DNA of 64,000 nt, taken from Geosiphon pyriformis uo1 (lineage: Eukaryota; Fungi; Glomeromycota). A model generated the notes under the pieces. It made no database searches and was not told the DNA's origin. It worked only from the letters and a program-made list of their open reading frames with translations. Location: positions 124,001 to 188,000 of the forward strand of contig JAAOMT010000675.1 of NCBI GenBank assembly GCA_016748015.1. The letters run 5' to 3'. This document shows positions 30,301-43,299 of the stretch, in pieces (positions within the stretch are counted from its first letter, which is position 1; each line of letters opens with the position of its first letter). The position numbers were made by a program, and so were the translations under genes.

Positions 30301-31254
30301 ACCACAGATTTGGGAAGATCAACAGGGATCTCCTTGATTATCACCTCCCGATCTGAATGACTGTTTACCTTTCTGAAATTATTATTTACCATGATTTTTT
30401 CACTGATCGCCATATCTTTTGCCCTGTCCAAACTTAATTCAGAAGTGAATGTAGATCTTATTACACCAGAAAATTTTGAGAGAGTCGAAGCTCCCCCAAA
30501 TCCATCAATTCGATAAAAAATTTTTTTAATTGCCATCAACTTATCAACATTTGTCTTTTCAGGTACTGCTGAAACCTCAATATCCAATGCAAAAAATTTT
30601 ACTGGCTCGAAATTTCTTTTTACTGGGGCACGTGACCTGATATGCAGTACCTGATTGGCACCATCAAATTTAGGGGGAGGAAGCTCCAGTGCATCATTGT
30701 CATCACTCATACAGTCGAACAAAAGTTGCTTCAGTGGGTTGCCCAGCATGTATGTTTGAGTACAAGTCTTCCTCAGTGTAGTTTTGTCCATGCCAACGTT
30801 CTCACCTGATTCCACATAGCAGGTTTCTTCGGCCACCGTGTTTGCCATATCTTCAACATCCAAGAGACCACTGACACTACTAGCAACACTGCCAATCTCA
30901 CTGCCCCAGGACACCACAGGCTTGGTACTAGCACCACCAATATCCTCCAGGCTCAGTGATCTAGCAGACGAGTCGACCACATTACTAGCAGTAGGCTTCT
31001 TTGGTTTTTTGTAGGATGCATTCCAAGAGTAGACCATATCTATGCACTTCTTCTTCGCATTCTGGCGGGTCTTCAAACCAGCCAAAACTGAGCCAGAACC
31101 ACCAGCAGAAGAGCCTACTGGTTTTATTGCAACAAATAGAGATATATTAGAAGAAATGACTTGATGAACGAAGGGTAAAAGAATAAAATAAAGCAATTTC
31201 TCCTAAAAAAAATTCTTTGCTCTCACAGTGGCCAGGGGATTGACGAGAGAAAAA
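24371..31254 (-). mobile_element. LINE retrotransposon copy 2, near full length, degenerate
   Basis: ORF1 29184-31196; ORF2 29187-24502 with GVAII, LGGDFNE, TIDYIF, TDH (APE), LQDMQKAYDSV, AFVDD (RT), VFTDGSL, VKIKGHS (RNase H), CLFCGGVEFSDYIFTC; conserved 3' UTR. Confidence 0.93.
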
Positions 31255-31592
31255 TTTTTTTTTTATATGGTTAATTATTTTTAAAAAATATGTAAATTGT
31301 TTAATTAATAACTTAATTATTATTTTGATTATTAATTACTTTAAATAATTATATAAGTAATAAAAAACATATAAAAAATAAAAAAAATAAAAATTATTTT
31401 TAAATATTTAATCCTTCTATATTGTTTATTTCTTTTTTGCAATTTTTTCAAATATTTAAATATTTGTAAATAAAAAATTACTTGTTAATATTTACATAAT
31501 TTATTAATTTTAAAATTATTAAATAAGATATAAAATAATAATAGTAGTATTATTTTGTTAATAATTATAAATTATTATTATTATTATTTTTT

Positions 31593-34500
31593 ATTTATTT
31601 TATGAGTAAGGTCCAAACGTGACTTAGTACTATACATCATACAAATGATCTAAACTAGAGGCAAATCATGCACTTTCTACACATGACCAGCCATTCAAGC
31701 CAGCCAGGACAACACTACATACCTATATGTACAGAAACTGTGTCCTCAATACCCGAAAAGAATGAACAAAGCTTACAAAACCCAAAACTAATCCCAAAAG
31801 CTTCAGCCACACCCAACAACCTAATCACACCAGCCAAAAACACAGCAGGCAAACCAGAAATTGACACGAGAATGGATCCATCACATGGAATCAAACCATG
31901 CCTCTTCATAAACACCCGGTGTTTGGCACGGACCAACCAGATATCATCTTGAAATGCAAGACAAAACTCATGCACAAAGCTCACAATCCTTTTAGTACCT
32001 TCCTTAGAATCTTTAAAAACCAAGACAGACTCATGAAACCAGTCATCAAAAACAAAGCCCTTACACAGAGCAACACCAATTCCAACCTCAGAAATACAAG
32101 AAGCCAACATTTACAAGACCCATAAAGAAGAGCAAGATAGACCAGAAAGAGCCTCCCAAGCTGAAACATGAGCGTCCAACAAACGAGCATGGCCAGCAGC
32201 ATCCTGAGGACACGAAAAGACATGATTCGAGATCTCAACATCACCACAGAACAGACAGACCACACTGGGGTATTTTCTATCATATAATTATTTGCACACA
32301 GCAACAGGAAGCCGATGATGGAGAGCCTTCATAAAGTAAGTATGACAGCTTGCCATGCGTATGCTGGTGAAACTAGAAGCCAAGTGAAAATCAGTGTGCC
32401 ACACCAAAGAAGACTTAAACCAATTGATATCAGCACGCAAACTATCAGCCACAATGCAAGAACCAACTCCAACCTCCCAACGAACTTGATTAACTGATCA
32501 GAAAACATCACAAACAAAGTGTCTAAAATTACCAGAAACTGTCATACCACCAGCATACAGAAAATGTTTACTGACTAAATAAGGCAAACACCAAGCAGAG
32601 AGAGCAGTGTCTTTGGCAAGTGCATCAGTATGCTCATTGTCTAAGACACCTGAATGACCTTTTACCTTAACCCAATTCACATCCAAATTTTTTTGATGAA
32701 TGATGGTAGCAATGTGGTGACGCTTGATCCAATAGCAGTTCCTAAAATCCAGACGAATCAACGAAGACTCCGACTCACATGCATCCAAAGCAGCTTGGCT
32801 ATTTGAAAACAAGTCAATTGAATAAGAAAAAGAAATACACTCAAGGGCCAAAGTTATGGCTTGTAGCTTCATTATAGTAGAAGAAACCAAACCAGACACC
32901 CCAACACCCAAACCCAAGTTAATGTCCTCAAAAAAAATGGCAGCATCTGTTTTCATGTTAATAGTGCCCAGACCAGACAGAGACCCATCCATATACACAG
33001 AAAGGCGGACAGCATTAACAGTTAGCAAAATGTCACAAACCACACCAAAATCACAAAAAAAACAAATATCTGACACAACATAACCATCTACCAAAGAAGA
33101 ACTTGAGGAGAGGAGAACAACACCACCAAGAAAGCAAATGGAGAGATCAAACCAGAAAAGAATTGGGCCATGAGGGTCCAGCCTCTTTCAGCACTTGAAG
33201 GTCTTTCAACTGAAAACATCACCATCATGGCCACAAAGCTGCTCCACAAAAGCAATTCTATAATGTCTGAGCGAAGAGATACACTTGAAAAAACAGGGTT
33301 CACCAAAAACCAAAAACATAGGAGTACTGCACTGATGGCGAAAAGCACAAGCCACAGAGCCACCCAAAGACAAATCACACCTGGAAAAAATATGTACCAC
33401 ACCAGCCAAAAAATTGTTTGAGGGATTGACACCAATACAAGACAGAAACAGCAAAGAATGACGTGAATGCCAGCTGAAAACTTGAAGATCATGAGATCTA
33501 TGGGAAAAAAGGCAACCCAAAATACCAGTAGAATTTACAAAAGTAATAGTGGATGCCAATTTACTCTCAGCCTGAATCTGCTCAAAAGTCTTCAAACCAT
33601 ATAATAAGGAGTGGTGCAGTGCATCATTGGAGAAATTACAGGGCAACCCAAACTTAGATTTCAAGATCTTGCATACTAGAGCATCCTATTTGTTACAAAC
33701 ACCCACAAAAACAAAACTAAACTGAGTCCTATAGCTGATGATAGGAAAAAGAACCACGGACACCAAATACACACATTGTTTATCAGAAACTGCCTTTCTT
33801 AAAACCAGATTCACAAAAAACCACACATCCGCCTGGGCTTTAGCTAAGCTGGGCTTTGAAAGACCCTCGGAAAATAAAAAAATGCTTAGATAATGATGAG
33901 ATTCCCTTTTCTTGGCAATAAAAATAGGCACACTACTGATAGTTAAATGAGAGTCTGACACCCGACAATTAATGGAGATGGCCACCGTTTTGTCATTATT
34001 TACAGAAATATCATTAAACCTAAAAAATTCACTAGCAACATCAAGGATGCATTGTGTAGCAGCCTGGCTGCTACCAACCCAAATAGTATCATCGACAAAA
34101 GCGCTGGCAGCAAGAAACGAAGACAGCTCAGCTTGAGGATCCGCCCAGCCAGTTTTAGATATAAAATGAGAATTCAATCTGTAGCCATACACACTATCTT
34201 GTCTTTTAACTTCACACAAGAGTGAATCATAGAATATACACTGGAGAAGAGAAAAGAAAACTTCCTCTTGGTCCAGCCCATCATGAACACAATACCTATC
34301 AGTCAAGCCGAAGTCAGTTATCACTTTGTTAACATGACTATTGTGAATGCTACCAAAAAATCTAATAAACTTCTCACACATCTTAATTTTGACCAGACTC
34401 CTCTTGAGATGTTTCCAACCAACTGAGTCATAAGCCTTACGCATGTCTTGTAAAACCAGCCAGAGTTCTTGGTTTTTTTCCAGAGCATCTTCAATCACTG

Positions 34501-37500
34501 AACCAACAACAAAAATGGGAGACTGCATTGTTGTACCCTTTAAAACTGAAAAATTGTCCTTACAAAGAACATCAAAAGCACTGCAAGCTGAAGAAATCCT
34601 ATCTGAGAGAATCTTGAAAAGAATCTTGCAGGCTGTTTCAATTAGAGCAATAGGATGAGTGTTCATGAGAACTCTCTTTCATTTATACGGTTTAAGAATC
34701 ATAGAAATCCAAACTTCTTTCCAAGGTCCAGGAATTGACTCACTAACTAAACACAGGTTCAAGAGCACCAGAAACATATCCAAAACTGATTTGTCACAAC
34801 ACTTCTACAATTCGTTAGAGATACCAGAAAAACCAGCCACTTTTCTATCAGGAAGATCCTTGATAACTGCCAACATTTCATCAAAACTAATCAGACACAT
34901 AACACCAGAAAAAACACTATCAAAAACATGCTCCAGAGGCCGATATTGGTGAACCCAATCTCCAGAGATGTCAGAAACCACCCTATGCTTTTTGGTCCAT
35001 TCCTCCATGATGTCATTCACCTTTGATTTGACAGAGTCAGGCTCCAAAACCAACTCATCTTTTACAACCAAATAATTTAAGACTACTTTGCAAAAGAGAT
35101 GCTCCAAAACACTCTTAATAGTGTGACTTTTGTCTAGTTCAAAACTCTCCATCCTCTTACTAATAGCCTGCTTGATTGAAGATTCCTCAGCATGTTTAGA
35201 TTCCAACAACTTAGAAGCACAGTACAACTTCCTTGCTTTGGCCAGCACAGAACGAATAAGATCGAAACTAGAACCTGAAAGAAACAAAGATCTTACCACC
35301 AATGCACCAGAGGAATCAAGCTTATCCCATGTCTCTAACAATGAAACAAAATCCCCACTGGAAACCAAGCAAGAATTCCTAACCAGCTTAGACACCAGCA
35401 GTTTCAGTTTATGAAACCTAGAAGAAACCTTATTAAAAACACTATCAAAACTCTTGAACCATTTTTTTTTGAAAGTTCTATCTGCTGAAAGAACCATAAT
35501 TTTCCGAACAATGTTCCACATCTCATCCATATCTGAAAATTTCCTAGCTGTAACAAAAGCATCCGAAAACATAGAAGCATTATCAGTCGTAGCATTCTTG
35601 AACTCCAACCATTTCATCTCACTGGCACATTTGATGTCAAATTTCCAATGATCTCTGTTGGCCTGTTTGCACAATGAAGAAAGCTGCACATCTAATAACC
35701 CACCTACACCCACAGACACAGAAACAGCCTTATGATCAGTATCAAAAAAATCATCAACACCAGCCACACTGTAATCTACAACCGCATTAATCAAATTAAA
35801 GGAGACAAAAACGTAGTCAATTGTCTTGGTGACACCATGAGAATTGTACCAAGTCGGAGATTTCACAAACAAACTCCCACCCAAAGAGTTGACCAAACCC
35901 AAATCAAAACACTTATTGAAACTGGCACATTTGTGAGAACCATCCTCATTGAAATCACCACCAAGAATGACAAAAAAAAATTCATTCATTGCTTTAGCAA
36001 TGAAAGAGTTGATATTACCAGTCTGAAAGAAACAAACCACTGAAGAAGCACCAGCATACACCCCCAGAATCAACACAGAAAGTTTGTTCTTAAAAAGCAG
36101 CCTCACTGACAAGAGCCAACTAGGCACCTCCAAAATCTTGCACACATGTCTCACCAATGAAGAGTTCAAAATAATAGCAACACCAGATTCCATGTGACCA
36201 GAATCCAGACCAAAAGTAAAAACACAAACGCTATCAAACTTATTAGCGATCCAAGGACGAATCTTCCCCTTCAACTTTGTTTCAGTGACAATGGAAACCA
36301 GATTGTTCATATCCTTATGCCAATGAACAATGTCTGCCTGCTTTGCACAATTGTTCATACCTCTAATATTGCACGTGGCAATCTTCCAAACTAAATGAGT
36401 CATCGAGATAATGTGGGAGCTGACAAACCTGAACCAGAACACAAAAGATTCAACTTATCCAAAACTAAACCAACTGAAACTTCCAAAGTGACCAATTTTG
36501 TCTCCAAACTGCCCACCTTGGCAGTAAAAACCTTGGAACCACTAGCGCTAAGGTTGACAATAGCATCATTAGTGACAAGAGGAGTAATATCCAAAGAACT
36601 TAAAGCATTGTCTACAATCATATCCAAATTTACCTCAAAACCCAAAACTGCAGAAGCAATAGGAAGGAAAACCAGAGAAGAAAGAACCAAAAAAACCACA
36701 CCAAAGAAATCCAACCTAACCAGGATGCCAGAAACATGGTCAGCTAAAAGCTCCAAAGAGCATTCCAAAATCGCCAAACAATCACTTAAACAGGAAACAA
36801 CAAGAGGATCAGAGACCACTAAAGGAGGAACCAAACCAGAACGCAAACCAGAACCAGAAGAACCAGAAAGAAATGCACAGAAGGGGGTGCCACTAGTAAC
36901 TTGGGCCCATGTCTTGCCACTAAATGAAACTAGATGAGCAATAGAAGCTGATTTTTTCTTATATATACCAGCCAGGTGAACCTGATCCTGATCAAAAACC
37001 ACCCTCTTTCCACGAACACCAGAACTTCTATCCACAGGACAGTCAGCATAGATATAACCAAATTGGTCACACTTGGCACAACTAGCCAAACCAAGACTAG
37101 CCCAATGCAAACTAACACCCTTGAAAATTGGAACAGTACTAACAGCAACCAATCTGGCAATCTCATCTTCAAAACAAATGATTGCACACCAATCACAGAC
37201 ATATGAACCAGGATTACGGCCAATGAAACAAGTTTTCCCACCATATGAATCCAACAGACCAAAAAGATCATGAGCAGTAGTACCAATTAGGAGAGTGTAA
37301 AACAATGCCTGATGCTGATCCCTGAATATCCACATTTGCTTGTCCTTAATTGTCTTCACCACATGAACAGAATCTTTTCTCACAAGTACAGACCACCTAG
37401 CTGTGACCAAATCAGTCAACTCAGATGATTCATATTCCACCAGGGCCTTTTGCCAAAGACCAATAAGTTGCATCTTAATTGAAATGATCTTTCCGAATTT

Positions 37501-38460
37501 AGAAAACACAGCCATAATAGCTAATTTGGGAAGATTGATTGGGATCTCCTTGACAATAATTTCCTGATCTGAACAGCCATTTACTTTCCTATGATCATCA
37601 TTAACCAGAATATTCTTACTAACTGCCAACAACTTTGCCTTATTCAAACTAGATTCTAACATAAAGGATAATCTAATAATACCAGAAAATTTTGAAGGAG
37701 TGGAAGCTCCTCCAAAACCATTAATTTTATAAAAAATTTTCTTTACTGCAAACAACTTATTACTGTTGGTTTTTCTGGGCACAGTAGACAGCTCTATATT
37801 TAGGATGAAAGATTTGACTGGCCTAAAACTATGTATATTCGCTGTACATGATTCAATCAACAGCACAGAGCTGGCAAACTTAGAAGAAGAAAGCATCAAA
37901 ATGTCATCATCATCACTCATGTTATCAAATGTTGGAATTTTTGGTGGGTGCCCTAACACATATGTCCGAGTACAGGTTTTCCTAGACATTGTTTTGTTTT
38001 TACATTCACCGTGCTCAGAAGCAACCAAATCTACATAACTGGTCTCTTCGGCGACCATATTTTCCATGTTCTCTATGTTAGAAAGACCACTAACATTACT
38101 AGCTATACTATCTACTTCACTGCCCTAAAACACTGCAAGTTTCGTTCTAGAGTTACCAATATCCAACAAATTCAGCAGTCCAGCAGACGAGTTCACCATG
38201 TTTCTACTAGTTTCAGGCTTTTTCAGTTTTTTAAATGACACACCACAGGAGTAGACACTTTTTACTCACTTTTTTTTGGTGTTTGGATGGGTTCCTAAAC
38301 CAGTCGAGCCAGAGCCAGATCCACCAGTAGATGAGTTTACCAGTTCTATCATAACAAATACAGGAAAACAAAGGGAGATAGGAGAAGGGAAAACTATAAC
38401 TTCAATAAATCTTTTGCTTTCGTCATGGTCAGGGGATCGACAAGAGAAAGATATTTTTGT
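31593..38460 (-). mobile_element. LINE retrotransposon copy 3, full length, degenerate
   Basis: ORF1 about 38352-36400, ORF2 36403-31715 with the same domains. Flanked by a direct repeat TTATTATTATTATTATTTTTT (31572-31592 and 38461-38481), a probable TSD. Confidence 0.93.
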
Positions 38461-38949
38461 TTATTATTATTATTATTTTTTTTATTTTTAAATTTTCCAA
38501 AAAAAATTAAGTAACTATAATTTAAAGATTAATTACATATATTAAATTTTTACTTTTTTAATTTACTTTTTTAAATAAATTTTTTTTTATTATTTTTATT
38601 ATTTTCAATAGTTTTTTTTGTTATTTGTTAATTTGTTATTTTAATTTATAATATTATAATTGTATAATATAAAAAAAACTTTTAATGTAAGTTTTAAGTC
38701 ATAAAAACATAGTTTTTTTATTTAAGTTTTAATAATAATAAGTATATAATATTGTTTTAACAAGTTTAAATAACTAGTTGTATTTAATTTAAAATACTTT
38801 GTTGTTATATTATATTAAGTAATACTTAAATTTTATTTGTAAAACTTAATAAAAAAATTATTTTAGAAAAATTAAAATATTTTAAAATTGTAAAATATTT
38901 TAAAAAAGTTAAAATTATTTTTGTTAACCAATTTTTAAATAATCATAAT

Positions 38950-39932
38950 AAGTATATTACTTAAAAAAACTTTTATTATAAAAAATACTTAAATTTTGAA
39001 GATTTAATTTCTAATTGATTTATATATATATTTAATTTAATCTTAAAAATAATTTGTTAACAAAAAATTTTTGTAAAATAATTAAAAATCAAAAATTATT
39101 ATTAATATATTGTTAAATAAAAATATATTCTTGAAAATTTAGTTCTATTTAATACTAAAAAAAAGTTTTTAATAATATAATAATATTTAATAATATTTAA
39201 TATCATTAAAAAATTTTATTAAAAAGCTAAATTTAAAATTAATAATAATATTTTTTATTATTTGTAAAATTAATTATGCTGTATTATTTTGATTTAATAT
39301 TTTGTTTTTTATTTATATAATAAAAAGTTACTGTATTGTGTATTTAATATAATAAAATAAAATTTTCAAATTATAGCTTTGTTTGCAATTTAAATTTAAC
39401 AGTTTATTAGAAATTGTTAAGTAAATATTTATTGTTTTGGTAGTTTTTAATTAATACAAGTTTAAGTATTTTTTTAATGTTTTAATTATTGTTTTTAAGT
39501 ATTAATAATAATAATCTATATATAATAATAAGTATGAACTTTGTGTTTAAAAATTAAATTAATATAAAAACTATAATAATAAAATTAGTTAATTTTGTTT
39601 GCAAAATAATAATTAAATACAAAAAACACATTTAATTACTTGATTTTATGTTTAAAGCTATATTAAAAAAAAATACTTTGCATGCTAATAATTTTGTGTT
39701 TGCTATTGTTAATGGTTTTTTTGTTGTATTGTTTAAGAATATAGTAGAAATACTAAACATTATGGAGAATTATGTTATGAATTTTGGTATAAGAGCTTTT
39801 TATTTGTTTTTTTAGGTTTAAGTGGTAATGTTTTGGTTAGAATAATTATGTAGTGTTATTTTAATTGGCCCAAGTAGTAGAAAAAGCATAAATCATATTT
39901 AATTTAGGACTGCATTCGTTAAATAAATAAAA
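38950..39932 (+). mobile_element. Degraded LINE 3' portion
   Basis: Ghost C-terminal zinc finger at 39333-39390 and a recognisable ORF2 end plus 3' UTR at 39740-39930 (tagtgttattttaattggcccaagtagtagaaaaagcat...aaataaataaaaa). Start approximate. Confidence 0.6.
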
Positions 39933-40180
39933 ATTAGTATTATATTTAAATTCTATTAGTTTTTAGCAAAAGAAAAGTTAATTCTAATTTGAACAAAAAA
40001 AAATATTTTGGTAAATTGTATTACTTTGTTATAAATACATTTTTTGAAAAATATTAATATAATTTTTTAAATATGCTTTAGCAAGTTTATTAATTAAACA
40101 TTATATTAAAATTTAATGTAAAAGTATAGGTAATGTAGATAAAAATAAAAATAAAAATAAAAATAAAAATGTAAATTGTA

Positions 40181-40430
40181 GAGTTTTACGTTTTCTCGAT
40201 GTTCTTCACGCAAAATAGTAGAAATCCCTTTTGCCAATGATGAAACACTTTTTCGTTTGCCAAGAGGTTTTTCTGACAGCTCTAATCGGCAGATTTGGCT
40301 GGTTATTTTTTTTGGTTTGGGTAATAGTTTTGCTAGTTGACTAGCTCGGGTGGCTGGTCACGTGTAGAAAGGGCATGATCTATTTCTTGTGTGTTATGTA
40401 TACATATAATAGTTGGACTACAGCAAAAAA
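40181..40430 (+). mobile_element. Short 5'-truncated LINE-related insertion (ORF2 C-terminus plus 3' UTR) or SINE-like element
   Basis: An open frame ends ...IFFGLGNSFAS* (compare FFSGLGGS in copy 2), followed by the family 3' motif ctagctcgggtggctggtcacgtgtagaaagggcatga and an A-tail. Confidence 0.65.
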
Positions 40431-40670
40431 TATATATATATTAAATAATATATATCTAATTATATTTATAATAATCAGACAGAAGATTTTGTGCAAATAA
40501 TTCCAAAATTTATTGTGATTAGCAAGAAAAAAGATGTAAAGGTTGATTCTTGTATATTTTATTATCTTTTTCATATTGAAGAAATTCTACGGGTAAAATT
40601 CGAAAAGTTAGATGAATGTCCAAATGGCATAATTTTGATCCGATGGTATGACCATATCAGATAATATAGC

Positions 40671-42564
40671 TCAGAAAAAATTGTTCTCATTATTAGATAA
40701 CTTGCGTTCCCCAAGTTTCGCCTGTATCAATTTAAATTATGGTTTGCTTTAAAATAACTCATACACTCAAAAAGGAACGGATCAGGTGTGAAAGTATACC
40801 TGAACGAATTCCTCAATATCTTGTTTTGTAACTGTTTTTCCAGATTCGGCGAAAGGCTGTAGGAACTCGCGTATTTCATCTCTAAAAGTTTATCAAAATT
40901 TATTATGATCGGCCAAAGTAGGGAGATGGGTCAAAGAATGAACAAAAAACAAGATACAAACCTCATTTTGTTATATGCAATCAAACCTAAGTTTTGATAA
41001 AAAATTTAATAATCTTTGATGAAGGTATATTGAAATAAAGTCCACGTTCACCTTCAATCGCAGTGACTCGATCCATTTGAGTCAGTATTTTCATGCCACT
41101 ATCGAATATAGACGTTTCTGATATTGAGAACTTGGTGATTAATATTTGATGATATCAAGTTTAAAATGTCACGTGAGTAGGATACACACGTGCTGATTCA
41201 TCTTTGGGCGGTTCATGAGTATCCTCCTCTTGGAGGATGAATTCTATCTGGTATTGTTTATAAAGCTTCATACACTGCGAAGTTTTAGGCGTATAGTGAT
41301 CAGGATTATGTTGCGCAACGTGAGAAGAGCAGGGAAACAAAACGAAAAATCACCTTGACACAACGGCATAACTCGTCACGCCACCCTTCAACGCAAAATA
41401 TATCAACTAGGATATTATCACTGATCAAAGGAAAGTTATCACGTTTACATTGTCCCCCCACTTCATCAGATTTCACCTTCTTGGAAGATCCAATATCATC
41501 ATCAGACTCCTCCATCTTTCTCTTATTTGTAATTGAAGATAAAGATTGTGCCGACTTTTCGTCATTCTTAATTTCTTGAGAGTCCTTTCCAATCGCTGAT
41601 TGACCTGATTCAGCTGGAATAGCTCTTGTGCTCTCTAATTTTGTTTGTCCGGAGAAAAACATGTGTGAATGTTTGTAAGATTTTAGGAAAGGAAATTTAG
41701 AAGTGCAGGCGCGGCAAATGAACTCTTCGAAGGATTCTAGTTCAGGAATCTGTAAAATTAGATCTTTCGATGTTACTTTGGTTGGATCACGTGATTGTAA
41801 TAGGATATTAGTAAGACCATACCGTAAAATTTTGATTTCCCAGCCTTTGTCCACTTACACAATCTTCATGGAACCAATCTTCACAGATACAACACTAGAA
41901 AATTAAGGTAGTACAAAAATTAAAAAATTTGGGTCACATGAATCAATACTCTTCAAGGAAGTAAGATTTCTACCTGATGCATATTAGACTCTTCTTTCTC
42001 AGGGTCATAATCTGCGTCGCACCTACACATAAAATTTTGGGTGTTGGTGTAAACAGTACAATCTGAAAATTCTATTTTCATTCATGTTTAGAAAGTCACA
42101 AACCAACAGAAACGTCCTTCAAAGTTGTGATTATAATGGTTTTGTTCATTTGTCTCATTAGTTTCTTTAGGTTCAACCTGGCAAGGGTGCTTCCCAAGCC
42201 GACTAGTACCACAGTCACAACGAAACCCACGCTTGTTAAACAGTTCAACAAGATCGTGATCTAGCCTCAGAGGGTTAATAATTTGTTCATTGTCAAACAA
42301 TGTTGTAAATAAATTATAGAAAGCCTGCAAATTACCTGCATGGCAGGCGATTGAGCAAGAGTAGCATACACCACCCGCTCCGTAACCCGCGTCAGGTTTA
42401 CAAGTTTTACAAGCGTAGACAGGTTGGCGTAGGTACCCTTTGGAGAAGGTACACTGGTCGAAATTCCAGGGTAATATCTCCCCCGCTTCTTCCTCAAGAG
42501 TTTGTTGTTGTTCGAGAAATTCAACAGCAGTAGTCACTTTGTCCTTGATGTCTTTTGAGGCCAT
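40671..42564 (-). CDS. UBR7: UBR7/Mlo2-like E3 ligase (UBR box + PHD), about 10 exons
   Basis: CTFSKGYLRQPVYACKTC...CYSCSIACHADHDLVELFNKRGFRCDCG, NHYNHNFEGRFCWC, MHQCCICEDWFHEDC, EEFICRAC, WRDELCRC, MDRVTAIEGLIAYNKMRDEIREFLQPFAESGKTVT; stop at 40671-40673. Confidence 0.92.
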
Positions 42565-43299
42565 TTCGTAAAGGGCAGCCTGGCTTCATTTAGTTCTTTT
42601 TGATTTGGTTTTGTTCGCTTTGTTTTTACCAGGTTACCCAATCTAATCATGACGTATAGTGTCACACGACATGAGACTCGCCTATGGTTACGTTAATTGC
42701 TGTCCTACCACAAATTAAATCTTCTACTTTTAATACCAATCACTTTTCGTATTTAATACCATTCTGTAGTAGATAAATTCAATACATTTGAAACAAAGAT
42801 TATAACTTAAGCATTGAAAAATATATTCACAAAAAACCAAAGTATTGTTTTAATTATAATTACAATTATTAATTATTAATTATTTAGTTAAAAATTTCAT
42901 ATTATATAAACAAAAAAAACTAAATCAAGTAATAAATTTATTAATAAATATTTTATAATAAACTTAAAGAAATAATAATAATTAATAAAATTTTTGGTTT
43001 ATATTGCATTTAAAAATAATTAGTTAAACTTAAATTATTATTGACAATAAATGTTTAACAAACTTTTTAAGCTGACTTTTAAGAAAACTATATTTTAATT
43101 TAATTTAATTCAAGAAAAATTAATACTCTTAAATAAAAAAATATTGTAATAAGTTTTTTTAGTTTTAAAACAACCAATAATATATTTAATATTACTAATA
43201 GCAAATATATAATTAATAATACAAATTTTTTGATTTATTTTAACCAAAATTTTTCAAGATTATGTATAATAATGTTTATAAACAAAGTATACAACAAAA

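Noticed and set aside
25168-38491. Many plus-strand ORFs inside LINE copies 2 and 3
   Set aside because: Antisense open frames without domains and not consistently conserved between copies.
40237-40276. Box C/D snoRNA (ATGATGA...CTGA)
   Set aside because: The boxes are only about 30 nt apart with no convincing guide. The region is better explained as an open LINE ORF2 C-terminus, though an Rfam scan was not run.
41179-41185. U12-type donor GTATCCT in UBR7 (also ATATCCTTT at 2824-2832)
   Set aside because: Using it breaks the reading frame, while a GT 4 nt upstream fits. The DPS1 motif lies inside an ordinary GT-AG intron.
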